From Zygophlyctis sp. KS116 (Eukaryota; Fungi; Chytridiomycota), in assembly GCA_054661495.1 (NCBI GenBank), contig BAAFSQ010000470.1:1-5735 (forward strand): 5,735 nucleotides of DNA. The letters are read 5' to 3'. Numbering within the stretch: the first letter of the stretch is position 1; each line of letters begins with the position of its first letter. The notes under the pieces were generated by a model. The model was not told where the DNA came from, did no database searches, and saw only the letters and a program-made list of their open reading frames with translations. A program made the translations under genes and the position numbers. This document shows positions 1 to 5,735 of the stretch, in pieces.

Positions 1-327
1 ATGAATAGTATCACTGATCTTGAAGGGGATCTGCTGCATTATTGGATTTCCAAACTTTTCATACAAGTGTTCCTTGATTCTTTCTTTTAAAAGATTAGAT
101 TTGCCGTCCGATTCTCTCTTTTGCAGTGGATGAAAAATACCAAGGATTTTAGAAGTCATTTTGTTAGCTCTAGAGTTGATTTCCCAATGAACTCTTTTCA
201 TTGCATAATGTGAAATACGATTTACAATTTGTTTTTCTTTAGGAGATGTCATAATGGCATTTGTACAAGTTATAAAAAGTACTAAAGCAAGATAATACTG
301 ATTTATAAATGCTAAATTCAAAATCAT
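1..327 (-). CDS. Secreted KR-processed family paralog A (partial, 3' end outside window; 109 aa visible)
   Basis: Not in ORF track. Hand translation from ATG at 327 is open to base 1: MILNLAFINQYYLALVLFITCTNA-IMTSPKEKQIVNRISHYAMKRVHWEINSRANKMTSKILGIFHPLQKR-ESDGKSNLLKERIKEHLYEKFGNPIMQQIPFKISDTIH. Signal-peptide-like N-terminus and an LQKR site as in paralog B. LKERIKEHLYEKFGNPIM aligns with IKNQLREYIGRTYSAKAI (B), AKQSITEYVTKTFTDPTI (C) and TKSLANYIFETFSKPSM (D). An in-frame stop lies upstream of the ATG. Confidence 0.8.
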   Translation of the reverse strand, partial: MILNLAFINQYYLALVLFITCTNAIMTSPKEKQIVNRISHYAMKRVHWEINSRANKMTSKILGIFHPLQKRESDGKSNLLKERIKEHLYEKFGNPIMQQIPFKISDTIH

Positions 328-510
328 GCAAGAACAGTGATTCTCTTGATTAAAATTCTCTTGAATCTCAAACTGTCAATCAGAATTGTTTCATGGATAT
401 TAATTTTCATCATTTTGAAACAATTCATGATCATTTGGAAATATGAAACAAAACGGCAAGGAGTCAGGACGCAAGCGCCGTTATTCTGAAGAAAAAGGAT
501 TAGAATTGAA
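328..510. promoter_or_regulatory. Putative bidirectional promoter between paralogs A and B (183 nt)
   Basis: Spacer between divergent ATGs at 327 (-) and 511 (+). Contains a GC-rich patch 452-482 bounded by the inverted repeat AACGGC/GCCGTT, and a direct repeat ATTCTCTTGA at 340-349 and 355-364. Confidence 0.55.
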
Positions 511-1215
511 ATGAAAGCCTTGTTGATTTTGTTATTCCCTGCAATCATACTAGCTAATGGATTTTATGACTCAAAAGCTTCAACAATCTTTCTATCAAGA
601 ATCGGACAAAATATAGCTCCAGTTACAGAGTACATGACTGACAACATTTACAAGAATTCTCCAAAACTGCAAAAGAGAGGAATCCTTGGAGACATCAAGA
701 ATCAACTGAGAGAATATATCGGTAGAACTTATTCTGCAAAGGCGATCAAGTCTTTTGAACCAATCATGAAGAATGAAATGGATAATGGATTCAAACAGTA
801 CTATGCACTTTACAAAAGAGATGGAGTATCTTCTCCTGAACAAGAAAAATATAGAAGAGAGGCTTTTGCTGGTTGGCTTTCGAAAAGACTTGATGCAAAG
901 TTAAAGAATCATATGGTCGGACAACTTGATACTTGGGTAAATGAACACACACTCCTTGGAAAAGCTAAAACAAGTTTGCAGAATGTATTTCAAAAGAGAG
1001 AGTCAGAAACTGGAGTCATTCAAAAGAGATATGTTGAAAGAACTGGAAAAACTGATGCGATTATTATGATTGTTTCATCTTTCCTTCTTTTACCAATCTT
1101 TATGAATCCTTTTATGACTTCAATCTGGTCACTCCTTCTTGTAGGTGGCTCTGTGATTCTCTTCTTTAATCCAATCATTTACAGAATGGTGTATGGATAT
1201 TGGACTATTTTCTAA
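511..1215 (+). CDS. Secreted KR-processed family paralog B, 234 aa (signal peptide, helical domain, multiple KR sites, C-terminal hydrophobic hairpin)
   Basis: Intact ORF. Signal peptide MKALLILLFPAIILA. KR at residues 55-56 (LQKR), 102-103, 125-126, 162-163 (FQKR) and 172-173 (IQKR). Two hydrophobic segments near residues 183-225, ending LFFNPIIYRMVYGYW. AATAAA begins 2 nt after the stop. Confidence 0.9.
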   Translation: MKALLILLFPAIILANGFYDSKASTIFLSRIGQNIAPVTEYMTDNIYKNSPKLQKRGILGDIKNQLREYIGRTYSAKAIKSFEPIMKNEMDNGFKQYYALYKRDGVSSPEQEKYRREAFAGWLSKRLDAKLKNHMVGQLDTWVNEHTLLGKAKTSLQNVFQKRESETGVIQKRYVERTGKTDAIIMIVSSFLLLPIFMNPFMTSIWSLLLVGGSVILFFNPIIYRMVYGYWTIF

Positions 1216-1243
1216 GAATAAAATTGTTTTGAGTCTCTTTATT
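1216..1243. terminator. Back-to-back polyadenylation signals in the 28-nt convergent spacer between B and C
   Basis: AATAAA on + at 1217-1222 right after B's TAA; AATAAA on - at 1238-1243 (TTTATT on +) right after C's TAA (1244-1246). Confidence 0.6.
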
Positions 1244-1912
1244 TTAATCTTTATCATCTGCATATAAATAATAGCCAAACATTAGTCTGTTAAAGATTGG
1301 ATTAAAAAGGAAACTTGAGACAAACCATGACAAAAGATTTCCTTGAAAATCATTCCCAAACATTGTCCAAATTGGATAAGAAAAACACATGAAAAAGATT
1401 TGTGAGAATAATGTTGCCCAACCACTATTTTCATTATCAAATAAATGCGGGAATGGTTCACCGTCTCCTAAAAATCTTTTTGAAAGACTCTGTCTAAAGT
1501 TTTAAATTTTCTAGATGTAATATTACCTAGGCTTTGTTGTTATATGGGCTTTTGTCCAATCTTTAGCTCTGGATTGAACTTGTTTTCTAATCTTTGATGA
1601 CAATGATGATACAATATTTTCAATAAGATCTACTTTCTGTGGTTTTTGCATCACTAGAGTTATTTCATTTTTAAGAAATGATCTTAATTCTAATATTGTA
1701 GGATCTGTAAATGTTTTTGTCACATATTCTGTGATTGATTGTTTTGCTGATTCCAAGGGTAAATTAAATTTGTTTACCCACTTAGAAACACTATTCTTCA
1801 TGGATTCTTCTACTCCCTTGATTGAAACATCTACCAATGCATCAATATTTTTTTCCGGGATATGTAGAGCTAATGAGACTGTGAGAAGAGAATATAGTAG
1901 GAATTTCATCAT
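1244..1912 (-). CDS. Secreted KR-processed family paralog C, 211 aa, two exons: complement(join(1244..1493,1527..1912))
   Basis: Start re-assigned to MMKFLLYSLLTVSLA (ATG at 1912 or 1909), a signal peptide. Removing intron 1494-1526 joins ...WTKAHITTKPR to QSLSKR-FLGDGEPFPHLFDNENSGWATLFSQIFFMCFSYPIWTMFGNDFQGNLLSWFVSSFLFNPIFNRLMFGYYLYADDKD*, whose end matches B (LFFNPIIYRMVYGYW) and D (LFFDSIWGRVTFGTW). Confidence 0.85.
1494..1526 (-). other. 33-nt spliceosomal intron in paralog C (phase 2)
   Basis: Minus strand reads GTAATATTACATCTAGAAAATTTAAAACTTTAG. Excision restores the frame and homology to B and D. It contains the in-frame TAA that ends the tracked ORF at 1523. Confidence 0.85.
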
Positions 1913-1970
1913 TTTCAACCGCAAAGAAAATTTTTTCAACAAATTTGGTCTGCAAATTTTTGTTTCCCTG
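1913..1970. promoter_or_regulatory. Putative 58-nt bidirectional promoter between paralogs C and D
   Basis: Spacer between divergent signal-peptide ATGs at 1912 (-) and 1971 (+). Three AAATTT hexamers, and CCC just before D's ATG. Confidence 0.55.
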
Positions 1971-2552
1971 ATGAAATTGGCATATTTTCTAATCAGTCTT
2001 GTATCTTGTAGTGTCTTTAATGCTGATATAGTCAAAAATCTTGAGCCGCAAATGCATAAAATTTCCAATCAGATGGCTAATGTTGTAATTCCAATTGGAG
2101 ACACAAAGAGTTTGGCAAATTACATTTTTGAAACTTTTTCTAAACCATCAATGGTTTCATTTACAGAGAAAATTGAATTACCAGACATAAACCATAAATC
2201 ACTGATTGAAAGATTTAGTTTTGCAAAGGATTATTCTAAAAAACTAGAATCAGATTATAAAAACCACTTACAAAAATCATTAAAATCCTGGCTGGGAGCC
2301 CACACTAGAAAATCTATACAAAAAAGACAATCGACTGATATAACAAGTCACAAAAAGAGAAAAAATACTTGGGGTCTTTTGAATCATAATAATCAAGGGA
2401 GATATATTTCTTCTCTGTTGGTGAATTTACTAACCTTACCTCTCTGGATGGGTATGATGTCTACTGGTATGGGAGGATTCATTGCATTATCTTTATGGCA
2501 AAACTTATTTTTTGATTCTATTTGGGGTAGAGTTACTTTTGGGACGTGGTAG
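1971..2552 (+). CDS. Secreted KR-processed family paralog D, 193 aa
   Basis: Start re-assigned to Met81 of the tracked ORF: MKLAYFLISLVSC signal peptide. RFSFAKDYSKKLESDYKNHLQKSLKSWLGAHT aligns with B's REAFAGWLSKRLDAKLKNHMVGQLDTWVNEHT. KR at 118-119 (IQKR) and 129-130. C-terminal hydrophobic hairpin LLTLPLWM...LFFDSIWGRVTFGTW. Confidence 0.88.
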   Translation: MKLAYFLISLVSCSVFNADIVKNLEPQMHKISNQMANVVIPIGDTKSLANYIFETFSKPSMVSFTEKIELPDINHKSLIERFSFAKDYSKKLESDYKNHLQKSLKSWLGAHTRKSIQKRQSTDITSHKKRKNTWGLLNHNNQGRYISSLLVNLLTLPLWMGMMSTGMGGFIALSLWQNLFFDSIWGRVTFGTW

Positions 2553-2555
2553 TCT

Positions 2556-4118
2556 TTATGGCTCTAATATTCTAAAAGTCAGAATAAAATAAATTACTTT
2601 TAAGAGAAATTCATCAGTAGTGTCCAAATTGAATAACCTATTTAATTCTTCATTTTCATTTTGCAATTTCCTTCCTGCAACTTTTGCTTTGATCAATGAC
2701 ACAAAATTATCTTGTAATACACTTTCTGAGCATCGATACACACAATCAACCATAATCTTCAATAGGATTTCACTTGATGATATTTTTTCCAATAGTCCAA
2801 GAAAAAACCGTGAAATATTGTTTTCTAATAATTGATATAGATTAATTTCAGCTTCTAATACGAGTAGAGACTCTGTTTCTTCCAAGATTTCAAATAATGA
2901 CATTAATAGATCAAAATATTCCAACCTAGATTCATCTTTTAAAATACTTGTAGCATATAAAAGCCTTTTAAATTTGTCCAAATCAGACCATGAAGATCTA
3001 GAAATCCAATTCTTGACAATGTCCATATTATCTCTTTCAGACATGATTTCTTTGTAATTTTGCCAAAAGTTGAAAAATGCAGTCAAATCTTGTAAATCTT
3101 TTGAAAAAATTGATAGAATCTTGAAACAAAGCTTTTGAATAATTAATCCTTTAGACTCTTTCAGCCTTGAAACTTGATCTTTAAAATCAATTTGCATTGA
3201 AACAGGCAACATATCTAGTAATATTAATCCTATTCTCTCTCTTCCTTGTTCTCTTGACTCTAATAGATCCTTTATCCCTTCAAAATCATAAATCCCTTGA
3301 CTTATCAGTACTCTTTCAATATGAAACTGTAATAATCTAGAATCACGCATCCCATTTAAGTCTGAACTTTTGTCTTTAAAATCTTGTAAATCCCTTTTAA
3401 GCCCAACAATATAATCAATTTGATCTTCCTTGAGTCTCAACTTTTCCAAAATCTGTAAAACTCGAACTTGTAAAAATATTTTATCCTTAATTTGCACCAA
3501 TATATGCAACAATGCATCTTGAATTGGTATACTAGTATTATATAAAGAAAATTCTCTAATTCCCATTAATGCAACACTAGTCACTTTTAAATCTACATCT
3601 GTTAATTTCCTTAAAATCCTAGTATAATCAAGTGTTTTTAGCCTATAAAAAGCAAAATATGCTCTTGTAGCACAAATTCTAATTTCTACATTTGAATCAT
3701 CTAGTAATTTTTCTACTAGAGACAATAAATAAAGAAAACTAGAGTCTAAATCTCTCGATAGAAATTTAAGAATTGTCGACACAAGTCTAAAATCTTTAAA
3801 ATTGGTTAAATCTTTAGAGACTTGATTTACCAGCAACACATTTCCACAATGACTAGAGAATGAGAGAGCATGATACCATAACACTTTTTCCTGTACAGTT
3901 CTAGGATTACAATTTATAAAATATTGAATCGAATTTCCAATTTCCCAAGAATTCCATTCCAAGACTATAGCTCTCCATAAAAATTCCAATTTAACTTTAA
4001 ACTCTTGTTGTTCTAATCCCTTTAAAACATTTTCCTGTTCTATTTTCCATTGTTTTTGAACCGTTAAATTCTTTAAGAAATCAATTCTTTCCTTGTCTAG
4101 TCCGATAAATTCTTTCAT
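2556..4118 (-). CDS. Adaptin large subunit N-terminal (alpha-solenoid trunk) protein, gamma/alpha/delta/epsilon class, most like AP-4 epsilon; 520 aa, no hinge/ear
   Basis: Long intronless Leu-rich HEAT-like ORF. Motifs occur in adaptin-N order: EFLWRAIVLE (cf. epsilon KEyiiRliyiEmlG), EKVLWYHALS (EKrvGYlavs), LLVNQVSKDL (LLVNtvvKDL), LLDDSNVEIRICA, RKLTDVDLKV (RKaLcDrDvgV), LLHILVQI (fvsILkQv), FLQVRVLQIL (pwLQi.lL.iL), RIGLILL. Comparisons are from memory; subfamily is less certain than family. Confidence 0.7.
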   Translation of the reverse strand: MKEFIGLDKERIDFLKNLTVQKQWKIEQENVLKGLEQQEFKVKLEFLWRAIVLEWNSWEIGNSIQYFINCNPRTVQEKVLWYHALSFSSHCGNVLLVNQVSKDLTNFKDFRLVSTILKFLSRDLDSSFLYLLSLVEKLLDDSNVEIRICATRAYFAFYRLKTLDYTRILRKLTDVDLKVTSVALMGIREFSLYNTSIPIQDALLHILVQIKDKIFLQVRVLQILEKLRLKEDQIDYIVGLKRDLQDFKDKSSDLNGMRDSRLLQFHIERVLISQGIYDFEGIKDLLESREQGRERIGLILLDMLPVSMQIDFKDQVSRLKESKGLIIQKLCFKILSIFSKDLQDLTAFFNFWQNYKEIMSERDNMDIVKNWISRSSWSDLDKFKRLLYATSILKDESRLEYFDLLMSLFEILEETESLLVLEAEINLYQLLENNISRFFLGLLEKISSSEILLKIMVDCVYRCSESVLQDNFVSLIKAKVAGRKLQNENEELNRLFNLDTTDEFLLKVIYFILTFRILEP

Positions 4119-4137
4119 GAGTCTCTTTGAGTCTCTT
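4118..4137. repeat. Tandem 10-nt direct repeat TGAGTCTCTT x2 abutting the adaptin start codon
   Basis: 4118-4127 and 4128-4137 are identical; a third copy lies at 1230-1239. Confidence 0.6.
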
Positions 4138-4208
4138 AAATTTTAAAAAGGTCTTAATTTCCTAATAATACTAGAATATAAAATTGAGAAATTAAACCCT
4201 AAAACCAA
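4119..4208. promoter_or_regulatory. Putative 90-nt bidirectional promoter between the adaptin gene and RBX1
   Basis: Spacer between divergent ATGs at 4118 (-) and 4209 (+). Very AT-rich, with TATAAA near 4177 and AAACCCTAAAACC just upstream of the RBX1 ATG. Confidence 0.55.
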
Positions 4209-4585
<377 letters not shown>

Positions 4586-4624
4586 AAAAAGTCCGAATTT
4601 AAATTTATATAATTTTCCTAAGAA

Positions 4625-5735
4625 ATGGATCCGAAATGGGAACGTAAAGTATTAACGGTATCTGCTCCTTCTACTCCAAAGTCACTGTCCATGTCTATAC
4701 CCTCTCCTTCTTTAATTTCTAGATTATTTTCTTGGAATAGTCCAAAAGAAGAGTCTTTGGGGAAACCTCCTGCTAGTAAATCTTGCGTTAAAAAAGGACT
4801 GGACTTGATTGAGAATATTTCAGATATTTCTTTAAATTCTTTAATGCCTGGTTCTAATGATACACTCACAGAATTAGTCTCGGAATTTGATCCAATTGCT
4901 AAAGATGATTGGATGTTGCAATTTGAATCTCCAGTAGAGAAATCTAATATTGGGTCTAATAATATCAGTGCATTCAATAGTAAAAATGGTTATAATAGTC
5001 CATCTACATCTAGTAATAAGAATGCAAATAATATGGAAAAAAGACTTGTAACACCTGTAAAATCCTTGATTGAAGACTTGATGCCGATTGCATCTCCAAA
5101 TTCTACTGTTAAATATACTCAAAGGGATTTAGATGGTCTAAAATCTCAATTAGAGTCTAAATTTACTAAAGAATTTGAAGTTGCACAATTAGAAATTCAA
5201 GATATGGAGTCTCATAGAGAATTATATATGGGATTAAATAAGGAATTGGAATTAAAATTACAAAATTTAATGAATTTTGAATCTTGTAAGTTGAAATTTA
5301 AAAATTAAAATATAAATAGCAGAATCTTTAGAGAAATCTAGTAAAATACAATCACTTGAAAGAGATTTACAAAAGGTGACTGGTGAACGTGACAATTTAT
5401 TCAAAGAAGAAGAATTATTGGAAATTAAATTAAAGAAATTAGTTTTAGCAGAACAAGAAGCCAGGACTGAATCTCAAAAGTTGATAGAGTCTCAAGAATC
5501 TCTTTTAGAAAAAGTAAAATTGTTTGAGACAAGATATGAAACTTTAAAACAACATGCACAGTCAAAGCTAGATGAAGCAAATTTTGAAATTTCAAAGACT
5601 AGATCAAATTATGAAAAGGAGATTTCTGCTTTAAAAACAAAATTACAAAGATGTGAATTAAGTCTCTCATCTGTTGAAAGATCATTAGCACTCAAAGAAG
5701 AAGAAAATAAGGAATTAACTATTATTTGTGATGGA
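4625..5735 (+). CDS. TACC: TACC (transforming acidic coiled-coil) family spindle/centrosome protein; join(4625..5285,5320..>5735), 359 aa visible, last few codons outside window
   Basis: Exon 1 is S/P-rich, with EFDPI (cf. TACC KFDPL) and KYTQRDLD (cf. TACC3 QYSQKDLD). Exon 2 (not in ORF track) is open to the window end and reads ...RYETLKQHAQSKLDEANFEISKTRSNYEKEISALKTKLQRCELSLSSVERSLALKEEENKELTIICDG, matching the TACC C-terminal signature RYqaLKaHAeeKLqlANeEI...KeNeELTrICD. Confidence 0.9.
5286..5319 (+). other. 34-nt spliceosomal intron in TACC gene (phase 1), TAGCAG tandem acceptor
   Basis: GTAAGTTGAAATTTAAAAATTAAAATATAAATAG. Consensus GTAAGT donor; excision bypasses the TAA at 5306-5308 and opens the TACC-domain frame. 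Confidence 0.9.

Noticed and set aside
301-310. Perfect palindrome ATTTATAAAT
   Set aside because: Pure A/T, inside gene A's coding sequence; expected by chance at this composition.
324-548. Tracked 74-aa minus ORF, including an MMKINI... segment from 413 whose TGA overlaps gene A's ATG (ATGA)
   Set aside because: No recognisable protein features; it overlaps B's start and the promoter. Joining it to A would need a non-consensus GTTCTT donor and would bury the signal peptide. A uORF role cannot be excluded but is unsupported.
595-843. Tracked 82-aa minus ORF
   Set aside because: Antisense shadow of paralog B; no features.
1731-2068. Apparent long antiparallel overlap of tracked ORFs 1523..2068 (-) and 1731..2552 (+)
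   Set aside because: Both have signal-peptide starts further in (1912 and 1971) that match the paralog architecture. The extensions are antisense read-through (1731 is a GTG start), so the genes are simply divergent with a 58-nt spacer.
2620-2835. Tracked 71-aa plus ORF
   Set aside because: Antisense shadow of the adaptin gene.
4618-5122. Tracked minus ORFs 4618..4977 and 4874..5122
   Set aside because: Antisense shadows of TACC exon 1; composition reflects the reverse complement of the coding strand.

Overview
AT-rich (roughly 30% GC by eye) eukaryotic nuclear DNA in the standard genetic code, extremely gene-dense: 7 genes in 5.7 kb, intergenic spacers of 3-183 nt, and four tiny GT-AG introns (25, 25, 33, 34 nt) that the ORF track misses. 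The right half holds housekeeping genes: a divergent, short adaptin large subunit most like AP-4 epsilon (2556-4118, -), a spliced 108-aa RBX1/ROC1 (4209-4585, +; absent from the ORF track) and a spliced TACC-family coiled-coil protein (4625->5735, +). The fungal-type RBX1 tail, Kex2-style KR sites and animal-like TACC/AP-4 point (inference) to a genome-compacted early-diverging fungus or close relative. The left half (1-2552) is the highlight: four highly diverged paralogs of a family I do not recognise, arranged as two head-to-head pairs (A-/B+, C-/D+). The three complete members have a signal peptide, a helical domain, Lys-Arg processing site(s) and a conserved C-terminal hydrophobic hairpin ending in F[ND][PS]IxxRxx[FY]Gx[WY]. 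Gene A is cut off by the window edge, and gene C's hairpin exon only appears once a 33-nt intron is removed. Family assignments come from motif recognition by eye, not from searches.
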